Assembly (NCBI GenBank): GCA_035302405.1
Contig: DATGSR010000064.1
Location: forward strand, 21,464-85,463
DNA from: Beutenbergiaceae bacterium
Lineage (GTDB): Bacteria > Actinomycetota > Actinomycetes > Actinomycetales > Beutenbergiaceae
Direction: 5' to 3'
DNA: 64,000 bases
The translations under genes were made by a program, and so were the position numbers. The notes under the pieces were generated by a model. That model was given only the letters and a program-made list of their open reading frames with translations. It was not told the origin of the DNA and did not search any database. Shown piece after piece: positions 40,523 to 51,135 of the stretch; within the stretch, counting starts at the first letter, position 1, and the number at the start of each line of letters is the position of its first letter.

Positions 40523-43291
40523 TCACCACGCGCCGTGGGCCACGATTCCACGGCGCACCGCCCGGATGGCGGCGCGTGCCACCGTGCGCACCTGCTCCTT
40601 GGGGGCCGCATGGGTGAGTTGGTCCAGTACGTCCAGTACTTGCTTGGCCCAACGGACGAAGTCGCCCGCAGCGAGTTCATCGCTCTCCAGGACGTCCTCC
40701 AGCGCCCGTCCGGATGCCCACCGGTGCATCGCACGCACCAGCCCGAGGTCCACCGGGTCCGTCGGCGTCAGGCCCCGGTCGGCTTCGGCTGCGGCGATTT
40801 CCCGTGCGATGCGCGCGGTGTGCCGTGCGGCCTGTGCCAGGCGTCCGTCCGGGGGGCCGGGGATGGCGGGCACCGCGGGCTCATCGGAACGGGACTCGTA
40901 GAGCACCGCGGAGACCACGGCAGCCAATTGCGCCTCATCCAGGTTGTCCCAAACCCCGGAGCGCAGGCACTCGGCGAGGACCAGATCCTTCTCCGAGTAC
41001 AACCGGCGCAGCCACGATCCTTGCTTGGTCAAACTCCACTGGCCGTCCTCCACCCGGAGGTAGTCCAGGGACCGCAACACGTCGCATACTCGGTCGAAAT
41101 CGCGGGCGATCGAGGAGGTGCGCCCCTCGATCCGCCGCATCACGCCGTCGTACTCTCGGCGAAGTTTGCGCCAGCGTTCGTACCAGCGGGCGTGCTCCTC
41201 CCGATCCGGGCACCCGTGGCAGGGGTGGGCCCGCAGCTGACGTTTGAGTTCCGTCAGATCGGAGTCCGTGGCCGCGGTGGAGGGGATCTTGTGTCGTTTG
41301 CTGGCCCGTTCATCATGAGCCAGTGCCCCCAGTGCCGAGCGCATCGCGGCACTGATGTCGCGGCGGGCGGCGGGTTTGCGGGGGTTGAATCCCTTGGGGA
41401 TGCGTACCCGGGTCAGGGTGCGGGTTCCGTAGGGCAGGTCCTGGCTGGAGAGTTTGCGTAACCGCGCATCGGCGGTAACCACCGAGACCACGGGCCCATC
41501 CAATCCGGGAGCGTTGGGCCGTTCCAGGACGACGGCGTGCCCGGAGCGCCGTCCGGACGGTAACCGGATCACGTCCCCGGGCCGCAGTTGCGCGGCCAGG
41601 TCGTTCACCGCGTCGCGTTGTGCCCTTGAACGGGCCCTGGAAAGTTCGCGTTCACGCTCGGAGATGTTGGCGCGCAACTGCATGTACTCGCCGAAGTCGC
41701 CCAGGTGGCAGGACATCGATTCGGCGTATCCGGACATCGCTTCATCGAGTTGGCGTGCTCGGCGGGCTAGCCCCACCACACCGCGGTCAGCCTGGAACTG
41801 GGCGAAGGAGGTTTCCAGGATTTCGCGGGCCTTGGTGTGCCCGGTGCGGGCGATGAGATTGACCGCCATGTTGTAGGTGGGTCGGAAACTCGATCGCAGC
41901 GGGTAGGTCCGCCGGGAGGCGAGGCCGGCCAGCGCCACCGGGTCCGTTCCGGAGGTGTACAGCACCACCGCATGCCCCTCGGTATCGATACCACGGCGCC
42001 CCGCCCTGCCGGTGAGTTGGGTGTACTCCCCCGGGGTGATCTCGGCGTGGGTCTGCCCGTCCCACTTGGTGAGTTTCTCCAGCACCACGCTACGGGCCGG
42101 CATGTTGATGCCGAGCGATAGCGTCTCGGTGGCGAAGACCACCTTCACAAGCCCGGCTGTGAACAGCGCTTCCACCGTTTCCTTGAACACCGGGAGCATC
42201 CCCGCATGGTGTGCAGCCACGCCGTGGCGCAGGGCCTCGGACCAGGACCAGAAGTTCAGCACGGGAAGGTCTTCCGGCGGGAGGTCAGCGCACTTTTCCT
42301 CGATGATCGCGTCGATCTTGCGCTGTTCGGCGGGCGTGGTCAGGCTCAGACCGCTGGCCTGCAGTTGAGACACCGCAGCTTCACAGCCGGCCCGCGAGAA
42401 GATGAACACGATCGCCGGCAGCAACCCGGAACGGTCGAGCCGTTCCACCACTATTGGACGCGGTGCCGGGCGCACCATCGGGCCGCGGGGGCGCCGGTAG
42501 TTCCGGCCGCCGCGACGGGAACGCTCCCCCCGTGGACGCTCTGCGGTCCGGATCGCTTCGATCAGGTCCGGGCTGATCGGCGGGTCCGTCCCCGGGTCCG
42601 TCGGATCCACGTCGTGGGCGTACAAGTCATACAGGCGGGAACCGACCATGACGTGCTGCCACAGCGGTACGGGGCGGCGCTCGGCCACGATCACCGCGGT
42701 GTCTCCTCGGACGGTGGAGAGCCAATCCCCGAACTCCTCGGCGTTGGAGACCGTCGCGGACAGGGAGACCACCTGCACATCCGCCGCCAGGTGCAAGATC
42801 ACTTCCTCCCACACCGGGCCGCGGAATCGGTCGGCGAGGTAATGCACCTCATCCATCACCACGAAGCCCAGGCCCTTAAGGGCGGGTGAGGAGGCGTACA
42901 ACATGTTGCGCAGCACCTCGGTGGTCATGACCACTACTGGCGCCTCGGAGTTGATCGAGGTGTCTCCGGTGAGCAGCCCGACCTTGTCCGTGCCGTACAC
43001 GCGCGCCAGATCCACGTACTTCTGGTTGGACAAGGCCTTGATCGGGGTGGTGTAGAAGGCCTTGCGGCCGGTGCTCAGCGCCAGTTCGACGGCGAACTCC
43101 CCCACCACGGTCTTGCCCGCACCGGTCGGTGCCGCCACGAGCACTCCCCGCCCGTCCTGGACGGCCAGACATGCTTCCTTCTGAAAGTCGTCGAGTTCGA
43201 AGTCCAGTCTCGCGGCGAAGGCGCCGAACGGGCTGCGTTCGATCTTTGCGCGCTTGCGGGCGGCGGCGTAGCGTTCGGCCGGGCTTGGCAT
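40523..43291 (-). CDS. helY: HelY / Ski2-like DEAD/DEAH helicase
   Basis: APTGAGKT, TPIKALSNQK, DEVH, SAT, QLTGRAGRRG, C-terminal GDFVRW. Confidence 0.94.
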   Translation of the reverse strand: MPSPAERYAAARKRAKIERSPFGAFAARLDFELDDFQKEACLAVQDGRGVLVAAPTGAGKTVVGEFAVELALSTGRKAFYTTPIKALSNQKYVDLARVYGTDKVGLLTGDTSINSEAPVVVMTTEVLRNMLYASSPALKGLGFVVMDEVHYLADRFRGPVWEEVILHLAADVQVVSLSATVSNAEEFGDWLSTVRGDTAVIVAERRPVPLWQHVMVGSRLYDLYAHDVDPTDPGTDPPISPDLIEAIRTAERPRGERSRRGGRNYRRPRGPMVRPAPRPIVVERLDRSGLLPAIVFIFSRAGCEAAVSQLQASGLSLTTPAEQRKIDAIIEEKCADLPPEDLPVLNFWSWSEALRHGVAAHHAGMLPVFKETVEALFTAGLVKVVFATETLSLGINMPARSVVLEKLTKWDGQTHAEITPGEYTQLTGRAGRRGIDTEGHAVVLYTSGTDPVALAGLASRRTYPLRSSFRPTYNMAVNLIARTGHTKAREILETSFAQFQADRGVVGLARRARQLDEAMSGYAESMSCHLGDFGEYMQLRANISERERELSRARSRAQRDAVNDLAAQLRPGDVIRLPSGRRSGHAVVLERPNAPGLDGPVVSVVTADARLRKLSSQDLPYGTRTLTRVRIPKGFNPRKPAARRDISAAMRSALGALAHDERASKRHKIPSTAATDSDLTELKRQLRAHPCHGCPDREEHARWYERWRKLRREYDGVMRRIEGRTSSIARDFDRVCDVLRSLDYLRVEDGQWSLTKQGSWLRRLYSEKDLVLAECLRSGVWDNLDEAQLAAVVSAVLYESRSDEPAVPAIPGPPDGRLAQAARHTARIAREIAAAEADRGLTPTDPVDLGLVRAMHRWASGRALEDVLESDELAAGDFVRWAKQVLDVLDQLTHAAPKEQVRTVARAAIRAVRRGIVAHGAW

Positions 43292-43316
43292 ATCCCCACC
43301 CTATGTGCAGTCCGAC

Positions 43317-43372
43317 GGGCCAGCAGGAGCGTCTTGCGTGGCCCGGGGTCGGGCCAGCAGGAGCGCCTTGCG
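43317..43372. repeat. 34-bp-period direct repeat x2 upstream of helY
   Basis: GGGCCAGCAGGAGCG(T/C)CTTGCG at 43317 and 43351. Confidence 0.8.
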
Positions 43373-43509
43373 GCGACCCGCCGTCGGCCACGAGGCACTC
43401 GCATCCGCGCACGTGCCTCCCCACGAACGGCGATCAGCACTTGATCACCAACTTGGCCGGCTCCGGTGACGACCATCGCAGCCCACGCTTCGGAACCGGG
43501 CTTCGTTAG

Positions 43510-44454
43510 TCAGCGCCGGTGGGCCGGCCGCGTGCGGGGTGCGGGCGCTAGGAGTGGCACGGCCGCGGGCATCACCCTGGCCTGTAACGGCAGGGCCGCA
43601 AGGTCCTCACCGTCGCCGAAGGCGCGTGGTGGAGGGGCACCGTCGCCCGGTTCGATCGTAACCTCACGGGCCCGGACGATCCGCACCGCCGGGTGGCCGA
43701 CATGGGTGCCCCGGTACAGGCGCGGAAAGACCCGCACGATCTCACGACGGCTCAGGCCGTCGGCGATTACGACGTCCATGAACCCATCGTCGACCAGCGC
43801 GTCGGGCGCGATCCGCAGGCCGCCACCGAATGTGGGGGCGTTGGCCAGTGCCACCAACGTCGCCGTCTGCTCCTGCGCCTGCCCATCGACCGTGATCCGA
43901 TAGGAATAGGGACGAAACGTGGCCAGTTCCGCCACCACACCACGCAGGTAACGTGCTGCTCCCCGAGGCCAGCGATAGGTGTTCGCGCGGGCGTTGACAG
44001 CGGCATCCAGTCCGGCGGAGAGGACGCACGCGGTCCACCGGGGCACGCGGCTCGGCTCTGCGGGTGAATGACTGGCGATAGCGTCGATGTGTCGCGGCCC
44101 GTGCTCCAACGCGGTCAGGATCGTGCGCACGGCGGCGCGCACGTCGCCAACGGGGATCCCCAGTTCCCGGGCCAGGTCGTTGCCCGATCCGGCAGGAATC
44201 ACACCCAGGTGGACCCCCGTCCCGGCGATCGCGTTCACCCCTAGATGCGCCATCCCGTCCCCGCCAACCACCACCAGGGCCTGAATCCGGTCCAAAGCGG
44301 CGCGGGCGCGCGCAAGTGCGTGATCCGCGTCCTGACCGGTCAGGTCGAGGGGCCGCATCCCGTGGTGCCGCAACGCGGCGAACACTTCCTCTCCCCGGTA
44401 CCGTGCCCGACCGTGGCCCGCGGAGGGGTTGACCACGACCCCCACCGCGGTCAT
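43510..44454 (-). CDS. Diacylglycerol/lipid kinase family protein
   Basis: VVNPSAG, VVGGDGM, IPAGSGNDLAR, FGGGLRIAP, GDGE. Confidence 0.92.
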   Translation of the reverse strand: MTAVGVVVNPSAGHGRARYRGEEVFAALRHHGMRPLDLTGQDADHALARARAALDRIQALVVVGGDGMAHLGVNAIAGTGVHLGVIPAGSGNDLARELGIPVGDVRAAVRTILTALEHGPRHIDAIASHSPAEPSRVPRWTACVLSAGLDAAVNARANTYRWPRGAARYLRGVVAELATFRPYSYRITVDGQAQEQTATLVALANAPTFGGGLRIAPDALVDDGFMDVVIADGLSRREIVRVFPRLYRGTHVGHPAVRIVRAREVTIEPGDGAPPPRAFGDGEDLAALPLQARVMPAAVPLLAPAPRTRPAHRR

Positions 44455-44520
44455 CCGTCCGCCTCCCGTGGCCGCGCCGCTGATTCGTAACGCGCACTGT
44501 GCGCGCTCCCGCAGGTCGAG

Positions 44521-44597
44521 AGACCTTGCGCCCGCCAGTCGGGTGAGAGGGCTTGCGCCCGCCAGCCGGGTGGGAGGGCTTGCGTGCGCCAGTCGGC
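44521..44597. repeat. 27-bp tandem repeat x3
   Basis: CTTGCG..CGCCAG.CGG at 44525, 44552 and 44579. Confidence 0.85.
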
Positions 44598-44703
44598 CCG
44601 ATGGCTATCCAGAGTGCAGGCCGCGGCGGGAACGCCACTGTCATGGTGGCGCACGTCCCGCCGCCGCCCCGAAGGGCGCCCGCTCACGCCTCGCCGGCCG
44701 GTC

Positions 44704-45624
44704 TCATGCCGGCGGTGAGGCGGGCGGGTTTCGACGCTCGGCGTCGGGCCGCTCCCCCGGCGAGCCGGTCTGCGAGGCGACTGACGTGCTCACGTCCGCC
44801 GGCGAGGCGTTCGCCGCCGCACTGGCCTCCGGCTGACCCGCCTCGTTCTGGAGTGCTTGCCTCTTGTCGCGACGGCGGTCACGCAGCACGCAGATTCCCA
44901 CTGCCAGGAAGTACAGAATGATCACCGGGATGGCCATCAGGACGAAGGTGACCGGATCGGCGGTGGGTGTGGCCAGTGCCGCGATGACGAAGATCAGGAT
45001 GACCGCCCATCGCCAGCCCTTCAGCCACGTGATACCGCGGACCACGCCAAGGAACGTCAGCGCCACCATGATCAACGGCAACAGGAAGGCGAATCCGAAG
45101 ATCAGCACGAACTGCATGACGAACTTCAGGTACACCGACGCATTGATGAAGTTCGATGCCGTATTGCCATCGGGAGTGAACTGGGTCAGTAGACGTACGG
45201 TGTTCGGTAGGGCGATCCACGCCATCGCCACGCCACCGGAGAACAACGGCACACCGGCGCCCACGAACGCCAGGGAGTAACGCTTCTCCTTCGTCGTCAG
45301 GCCGGGGTTGATGAACGCCCAGATTTGGTACATCCACCACGGGCTGGAGACGACCAGACCGACGGTGAGGGCGACCCGCACCTTGACGTCCAGGGTGGAC
45401 GTGACGTCCTGGAAGTTCAGCCGCGCGTCAAGCCCCTCGGCCTGGAGCCGCTGGATCGGCTCCTGCATGACCTCCAACACCGGGTCGGACAGGAACCACC
45501 CCGCGACCGCGCCGGCGAGGACGCCCAGTGCGCCAAGGATGAACCGGCGTCGCAACTCCTTCAGGTGGGCCGCCAGGGACATCCGTCCCTCTGGGTTGGT
45601 ACGCCGGGTGGTGCGCTGCGCCAC
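44704..45624 (-). CDS. tatC: Twin-arginine translocase subunit TatC
   Basis: MSLAAHLKELRRR, YQIWAFINPGL, ATPTADP. Confidence 0.95.
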   Translation of the reverse strand: MAQRTTRRTNPEGRMSLAAHLKELRRRFILGALGVLAGAVAGWFLSDPVLEVMQEPIQRLQAEGLDARLNFQDVTSTLDVKVRVALTVGLVVSSPWWMYQIWAFINPGLTTKEKRYSLAFVGAGVPLFSGGVAMAWIALPNTVRLLTQFTPDGNTASNFINASVYLKFVMQFVLIFGFAFLLPLIMVALTFLGVVRGITWLKGWRWAVILIFVIAALATPTADPVTFVLMAIPVIILYFLAVGICVLRDRRRDKRQALQNEAGQPEASAAANASPADVSTSVASQTGSPGERPDAERRNPPASPPA

Positions 45625-45626
45625 CC

Positions 45627-45893
45627 CTACTTCGGGGGTTCAGCCGAATGCTGGGTGGGCTGCTCGGTGTTCTGCGGCGGGGGTGTCGGCGTGACCGTGG
45701 GCTGGTCGTAGGAGATAGTGGCATTGGCGGAGGAACTATTGCCGTCACCATCTTCCTGAAGTTCGCTGACTTCCTTCTTGAAGATCTTCAGCGACTTACC
45801 GACGCTACCGGCGAGGCCGGGCAACTTGTTGGCGCCGAAGAGCAGCACGATCACTAGGAAGAGGACGACCCAGAAGGCCGGATTGCGGAGCAT
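45627..45893 (-). CDS. tatA: Twin-arginine translocase subunit TatA
   Basis: Transmembrane helix followed by LLFGANKLPGLAGSVGKSLKIFK. Confidence 0.94.
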   Translation of the reverse strand: MLRNPAFWVVLFLVIVLLFGANKLPGLAGSVGKSLKIFKKEVSELQEDGDGNSSSANATISYDQPTVTPTPPPQNTEQPTQHSAEPPK

Positions 45894-45996
45894 GTTTTTC
45901 CCTCCACGACGAGGCGGGTTTAGTTTCAGTCTACCGTCAGGCTAACCGTCTGTCGTCGCGCCTTCGCGAACGCCGGGTGAATTCTTCGCCACATGG

Positions 45997-46326
45997 TCAA
46001 AACGGTTGACCAAGTTGGCGCCAACGTGCAAAGGCGCGATCACGGCGGGCCTGCTTGCGTTCGGCGCGTGCCGACCGGATGTCGTGCCGGCGCTGCGAGA
46101 ACACCTCGCGCTCGGCGTCGGACGCCATGATGTCCGGGCTGAACACCGGATCCGCGTGGGCCTGCTGGAGTTCGGCGACCTTCGCAGCCAGGTCACCAGT
46201 GACTTCGGCCGCCCGGCCGAGTTCCTCCAGCAGCGGGCGGATCGATCGGCGCCAGAGCCGCCAACCCAGGTATGCGAAGAACGCCAACGCGCCCACGATC
46301 AGCACTGCCCAGATCGCGAACCACAT
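45997..46326 (-). CDS. Small membrane-anchored hypothetical protein
   Basis: N-terminal transmembrane helix and Arg-rich C-terminus; TAGACT-N6-ATG leaderless signal; between pafC and tatA. Confidence 0.75.
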   Translation of the reverse strand: MWFAIWAVLIVGALAFFAYLGWRLWRRSIRPLLEELGRAAEVTGDLAAKVAELQQAHADPVFSPDIMASDAEREVFSQRRHDIRSARAERKQARRDRAFARWRQLGQPF

Positions 46327-46426
46327 GCAGGCAGTCTAGGGGGTCGAGCCGGGCGGGGACTCCCACGGCCCCGGGACCGAACGGTCGTGCGCCGGTAGAG
46401 GATGCCGGTGCGGCGTGTTTTGGCGG

Positions 46427-47392
46427 TCAGGAGAGTTCGTCGTAGGCCGCTACCGCATCCCGGGCATATCGGGCGAGGTCGCGCCGGATGTCCTCGGGCT
46501 CCACACCGAGCACATCAGGGCCCAGGGCGAGCACGAGGTTGCGGAGCCAGGATAGGTCGAGGACGTCCACATGCACCGCGAAATCGCCCTCGCCCAGTTC
46601 CTCCAATTCGGCGACCGGCACGTGTTCGGCCACCCACCTGGCGCGTGAGGCCAGCTCGAGTCGGACCCGCCACCTCGCCTGGGACAACTCGGGGTTCGGG
46701 CTGTCGGTGAAGGTGATATCCGGGTGATCCTGTGCGGGGGTGCTGAGCACCTCCAGATCCAGGATCCGATCGACCCGGAACTGGCGCACGCCCTGGGCGC
46801 GGTAGCACCACGCGTGGAGGAAGTAGCGGTGGGAATCGGTGAGCAGGCGGATCGGGTCGGCGGTGCGTTCGGAGGTTTCGTCGGCCGCCGAGACATATCG
46901 AAGCCGCAGTTGGCGGCGTTGTTCGATCGCATCTCCGATGAGTTCCAGGTGCCCGGTCATCGAGGAGGGGTCGGTATGGACCTCCACGGCGCCGGCCGCT
47001 TCGGCCGCACCACCGGCTGCGGCCGTCAGTTTCTCCAGGGCGGAGACCACGACTGCCTGTTCGCCAATGCCCGGGGTGTCCGCCAGGGAGCGCAGCGCCA
47101 CCAGCAGCGCCACGGCCTCCCCGGCGCCCAGACGTAAGGGGGTATCCATGCCCTGCGGTTCAACCAGGGTGAGGATGTTGCGTTCCCGATCGTCGGCGGA
47201 GAAGTCGATCAGGTCGGTGTGTTGGTAACCGGGGGTTCCGGAGACCCACAACGTATCGACGTCGGTGAGGACCTGGGCTTCGCTCACCCCGAAATGCTCG
47301 GCAACCTGGGTAACGCTCACCCCCGGATGGTCATCCAGGTAGGCCACCAGCGCGAGCAGCCGTACCAACCGGTCCACGGACGTTTCGGCCAT
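46427..47392 (-). CDS. pafC: WYL-domain transcription factor PafC
   Basis: N-terminal HTH, LWVSGTPGY...DLIDF, YFLHAWC...FRVDRI. Confidence 0.88.
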   Translation of the reverse strand: MAETSVDRLVRLLALVAYLDDHPGVSVTQVAEHFGVSEAQVLTDVDTLWVSGTPGYQHTDLIDFSADDRERNILTLVEPQGMDTPLRLGAGEAVALLVALRSLADTPGIGEQAVVVSALEKLTAAAGGAAEAAGAVEVHTDPSSMTGHLELIGDAIEQRRQLRLRYVSAADETSERTADPIRLLTDSHRYFLHAWCYRAQGVRQFRVDRILDLEVLSTPAQDHPDITFTDSPNPELSQARWRVRLELASRARWVAEHVPVAELEELGEGDFAVHVDVLDLSWLRNLVLALGPDVLGVEPEDIRRDLARYARDAVAAYDELS

Positions 47393-47394
47393 CC

Positions 47395-48381
47395 TCACCC
47401 CTCCCCCCTGACGCCGATGGCGGCCAACTCGGCCACCGCATGTAACCGGCGCAGCACATTGTCGCGAACCTCCGGCGGGTGTAGCACCACCACGGCGGCG
47501 CCGTAGCCGGCGATCTCCTCGGCCAGCAGGTCCGGGTCGGCGGTGTCGAGTTCGACGATGTCTCGGCGCGGGCCGCCGTTTGCGGCGGTGTCATGAGCCG
47601 GCTCTCCCACCGCTCGGGCTCGCAGGGCGGCGGCGCGTCCCGGGAGCACGGCAAGTCGCACCCGGGTTCGGTGCGCCGCAGCAGTGGTGGGTGGCATTCC
47701 TTCCGGTAAGGCCACCTCCCCCGCTTCACCTGTCCGTCGTGCTCGACCGATGATCCGCGACAGCCGGAAGTGACGCTCGGCCTGCCGGTCCCGGTCGAAC
47801 CCCACCAGGTACCAACCACGGTCCTTGGCATACAACCGCCAGGGTTCCACCGTGCGCCGCGCGGTGGAGCCGGTGCTGGCCGCACGATAGTCGAACCGCA
47901 CCGGCTGGCGCGCCATGATCGCCTCGAGCAGCGTCTCGAACACATCCCCCGGGCCGCGCACCCGCAGCGCAGTCGCTGGTTCCAGGTCCTGGGCGTGGGG
48001 TGTGGTGGCGCGCAGTTTCGTCAGTCCTCGGCGGGCCTGGGCGGCCAGACTGGAGTCCTGCCACACCTCTGCCGCCAGGGACAACACCCCGATCTCCGCC
48101 GGAGTGAAGTCCACGGCCGGCAGCGCGTACTCGCTGGTGTCGATCCGGTATCCGACGTCATCCTCATGGGTGGAGTCCGTGACTGTGGTCAGCGGCACGC
48201 CCAGCGCACGTAACGCGTCCTTGTCACGCTCGAACATCCGCTCGAACGCGGCGTCCGATGATGCGTCGGCGTACCCGGCCACGTTCGCCCGAATCTGCGC
48301 CTTGGTCATCCGGTGCGGCGTGTGGGAAAGGGCGATCACCAACGCCAATAGTCGTTCCGCGGCGTCCAGGCGAGCACTCAT
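47395..48381 (-). CDS. pafB: WYL-domain transcription factor PafB
   Basis: ERLLALVIAL, AFERMFERDKDALRALG, WYLVGFDRDR...FRLSRI. Confidence 0.9.
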   Translation of the reverse strand: MSARLDAAERLLALVIALSHTPHRMTKAQIRANVAGYADASSDAAFERMFERDKDALRALGVPLTTVTDSTHEDDVGYRIDTSEYALPAVDFTPAEIGVLSLAAEVWQDSSLAAQARRGLTKLRATTPHAQDLEPATALRVRGPGDVFETLLEAIMARQPVRFDYRAASTGSTARRTVEPWRLYAKDRGWYLVGFDRDRQAERHFRLSRIIGRARRTGEAGEVALPEGMPPTTAAAHRTRVRLAVLPGRAAALRARAVGEPAHDTAANGGPRRDIVELDTADPDLLAEEIAGYGAAVVVLHPPEVRDNVLRRLHAVAELAAIGVRGEG

Positions 48382-48431
48382 ACCCCCACGTTAGTGCCCA
48401 CCGGGGGGCCGGAGCCTGTAGGTTGCCCCAC

Positions 48432-49550
48432 GTGATCACGTGGCGTTCGGGAGAAGTGGCTTCGCTGGGCAGATCCTGGCACGGCGCCCAGGAACTACTC
48501 GTGCTGGTGGGAACCGAACAGATACGGGCCCTCGCCTATCCCGACCTCGTCGGCACACCGCGAATCGGCGATCGGGTGTTGCTGAACACCACTGCCCTGG
48601 CCAGGGGTCTTGGCACCGGGGGCTATGCCTTCGTGGTGGCGATCCCCGACCGGCTGCCCCCCGACCCGCCACGGGAGCCGGGCCACATCGTCAAGGCGCG
48701 CTACACCCCGCTGCAAGCCATGGTGCTGACCGCCGATGAGGAAGAGTCACCACACCACCCGGCATTGTCCGACGCCGAGGACCTGCACGGAATGCCAGTA
48801 GTGGTAGCGGACCTGCATTCGGCGGTACCGGCGATTCTCGCCGCAGCACGCTGGAGAGCGGAACGACACGGGCGCTCCGCACCCAAGGTGGCCTACCTGA
48901 TGACCGACGACGCGGCGCTGCCGGCGTGGTTCTCCCGTACGGTGGCGGGATTGGCCGACGCAGGCTGGCTGGCCGCCACCATCACGGTGGGGCAAGCCTT
49001 CGGTGGCGATTATGAAGCGGTGAGTTTGCACTCCGGACTACTCACTGCCGCCCAGGTCATCGGCGCAGACTTCGCCGTCGTGGCGCAGGGGCCGGGTAAC
49101 GCCGGCACCGGTACCCGGTTCGGGTTCTCCGGGGTCGGAGCGGGTGAGGCGTTGAACGCGACCGTGAGCCTGCGTGGGACGCCGGTGGCGGCCCTGCGGG
49201 TGTCGGGGGCAGACCCCCGGGGCCGGCACTACGGCATCTCCCATCACTCGCTGACCGCGCTGACGCGGGTGGCGCTGCGACCAGCGCAGGTCCCTGTGCC
49301 GGCTCTGGGCGAGCAGACCGTATTGCGTGAGGTGGCCGATCGGATCGAGGCGCAACTCCCTGCCCTGCGCGCTGCGGGCCACCACCTGCACCATCACGGA
49401 GTTTCCGGGTTGCTTCAGGCGCTTCGGCACAGCCCGGTGCCCCTGTCCACGATGGGGCGAGGGCTGGAGCAGGACCCGTCGGCGTTCCTAGCGGCGGCCG
49501 TCGCCGGGGTCCACGTCGCGGGCCTCGTGGGCGGCAACGAGCGCGGCTAA
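48432..49550 (+). CDS. DUF3866 family protein
   Basis: GDRVLLNTTA...LGTGG, GHIVKARYTPLQ, VVADLHS, TVGQAFGGD, GISHHS; divergent from pafB. Confidence 0.85.
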   Translation: MITWRSGEVASLGRSWHGAQELLVLVGTEQIRALAYPDLVGTPRIGDRVLLNTTALARGLGTGGYAFVVAIPDRLPPDPPREPGHIVKARYTPLQAMVLTADEEESPHHPALSDAEDLHGMPVVVADLHSAVPAILAAARWRAERHGRSAPKVAYLMTDDAALPAWFSRTVAGLADAGWLAATITVGQAFGGDYEAVSLHSGLLTAAQVIGADFAVVAQGPGNAGTGTRFGFSGVGAGEALNATVSLRGTPVAALRVSGADPRGRHYGISHHSLTALTRVALRPAQVPVPALGEQTVLREVADRIEAQLPALRAAGHHLHHHGVSGLLQALRHSPVPLSTMGRGLEQDPSAFLAAAVAGVHVAGLVGGNERG

Positions 49551-49949
49551 CCGGGAGGCCTCCTCGCGGGCGTAGGTGCCGTCGGCGCGTTGAACGGCCA
49601 TCACCGACAGCACGGTGCCGTCCGAGATGTCCAACTGCACCCAGGGACGGTCCCCGAAGCGCACCGAGACGACGCGTTCCCAAGGCAGGTGGTGTCGCAA
49701 CACGATGTTGTAGACGCGCAGTCCCTGCCGGTCGGGCACCGCCCGCACCAGCAGGACCCGCATCAAGAACGTGACAGCGAGTACGAGCAGGATCGCGATC
49801 GCGGCGATGTGCGTGGTGTAGTCGGCTTCGTACCGCACCATGGTCACGATCAGGAACGCGGAACCACCGATCCAAACCGCCAGCAGCAGCGGGATGACCA
49901 CCCGCACCGCGCGGGGGCGGAAGGTGCGGAACGGGTCGTCGGTACTCAT
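49488..49949 (-). CDS. Membrane protein with bacterial PH domain
   Basis: Two transmembrane helices then GLRVYN...LPWERV...LDISDG...MAVQ; usual position after hisG. Confidence 0.8.
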   Translation of the reverse strand: MSTDDPFRTFRPRAVRVVIPLLLAVWIGGSAFLIVTMVRYEADYTTHIAAIAILLVLAVTFLMRVLLVRAVPDRQGLRVYNIVLRHHLPWERVVSVRFGDRPWVQLDISDGTVLSVMAVQRADGTYAREEASRLAALVAAHEARDVDPGDGRR

Positions 49950-49956
49950 GTGCCTC

Positions 49957-50799
49957 TCAGATCCGGCTCGCGTGAATCGATGTCACGATGATCGCCCGCG
50001 CGCCGACGTCGTACAACTGGTCCATGATCTGGTTGGTGTGTTCCCGCTCCACCATCGCCCGTACCGCCACCCACCCCCGGTCGTGTAACGGGGAAACGGT
50101 CGGGGACTCGAAGCCCGGCGTTATCGCCACGGCGCGCTCCAGCACGCTCACCGGACAGTCATAGTCCATCAGCACATACCGCTGGGCCACCTGCACCCCG
50201 TGCAACCGCCGGTCCAACACCACCAAACCCGGGGCCTGCGGGCCCGGCGCGCGGATCAGCACCGCCTCGGACTGCAGGATCGGGTCGCCGAACACCTCCA
50301 GGCCTGCTGCGCGCAGAGTGGCGCCGGTCTCGACCACATCGGCCACCGCATCGGCCACCCCGAGGCGAACGGTAGATTCGATCGCCCCGTCCAGGCGGAC
50401 CACTTCTGCCTCGATGCCCAGTTTCTTCAGGTGCTTGCGCACCACGGTGGCGTAGGAGGTGGCCACCCGTTTGCCTTGTAGATCAGCCACGGTCTGGATG
50501 CTGTCTCTCGGCGCGGCGAAGCGGAAAGTGGACCGGGCGAACCCCAGCGCACGATGCTCCACCGCATCCTCTCCGGAGTCCAACATCAGGTCCCGCCCCG
50601 TGATGCCGGCGTGAACGGTGCCCGCGGCGACGTAGACGGCGATGTCCCGAGGCCGTAGGAAGTAGAACTCCACGTGGTTGTCCGGGTCGGGCAGGATCAG
50701 CTCACGCCCGTCGCGGCGTTGCCGGTAGCCCGCCTCTCGCAACATGGTGCTGGCCGGTTCGGCGAGTGATCCCTTGTTCGGGATGGCGATTCGAAGCAC
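49957..50799 (-). CDS. hisG: ATP phosphoribosyltransferase (long form)
   Basis: [37 protein letters not shown]. Confidence 0.97.
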   Translation of the reverse strand: MLRIAIPNKGSLAEPASTMLREAGYRQRRDGRELILPDPDNHVEFYFLRPRDIAVYVAAGTVHAGITGRDLMLDSGEDAVEHRALGFARSTFRFAAPRDSIQTVADLQGKRVATSYATVVRKHLKKLGIEAEVVRLDGAIESTVRLGVADAVADVVETGATLRAAGLEVFGDPILQSEAVLIRAPGPQAPGLVVLDRRLHGVQVAQRYVLMDYDCPVSVLERAVAITPGFESPTVSPLHDRGWVAVRAMVEREHTNQIMDQLYDVGARAIIVTSIHASRI

Positions 50800-50861
50800 G
50801 CGTGCAGTCTCCTTCTGGCTACGTGCAGGATGAACGGTTCAGTGGTGACGTGCTGGCGGGG

Positions 50862-51125
50862 TCACAGATGGCGATAGACATCATCGAGAGTCAAGCCCCG
50901 GGCCAGTAGCAGCACCTGCACATGGTAAAGCAGTTGTGAGACCTCTTCCGCCGTGCGTTCGGGCCCCTCGTGCTCGGCCGCCATCCACACCTCAGCGGCT
51001 TCCTCGACCACCTTCTTACCGATCTCATGCACGCCGGCGTCCAACGCTGCCACGGTGGCCGAATTCGGTGGGCGCTGGGTCGCCTTGTGCTGTAACTCGG
51101 CGAATAGTTCCTCGAAGGTCTTCAC
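50862..51125 (-). CDS. hisE: Phosphoribosyl-ATP diphosphatase
   Basis: [31 protein letters not shown]; GTG 51125 lies 7 nt after TAGGGT. Confidence 0.95.
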   Translation of the reverse strand: MKTFEELFAELQHKATQRPPNSATVAALDAGVHEIGKKVVEEAAEVWMAAEHEGPERTAEEVSQLLYHVQVLLLARGLTLDDVYRHL

Positions 51126-51135
51126 ATCGAGAACC

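Noticed and set aside
46427-48381. WYL proteins as regulators of an anti-phage defence island
   Set aside because: They match the PafB/PafC pair in the standard tatA-tatC-helY context.
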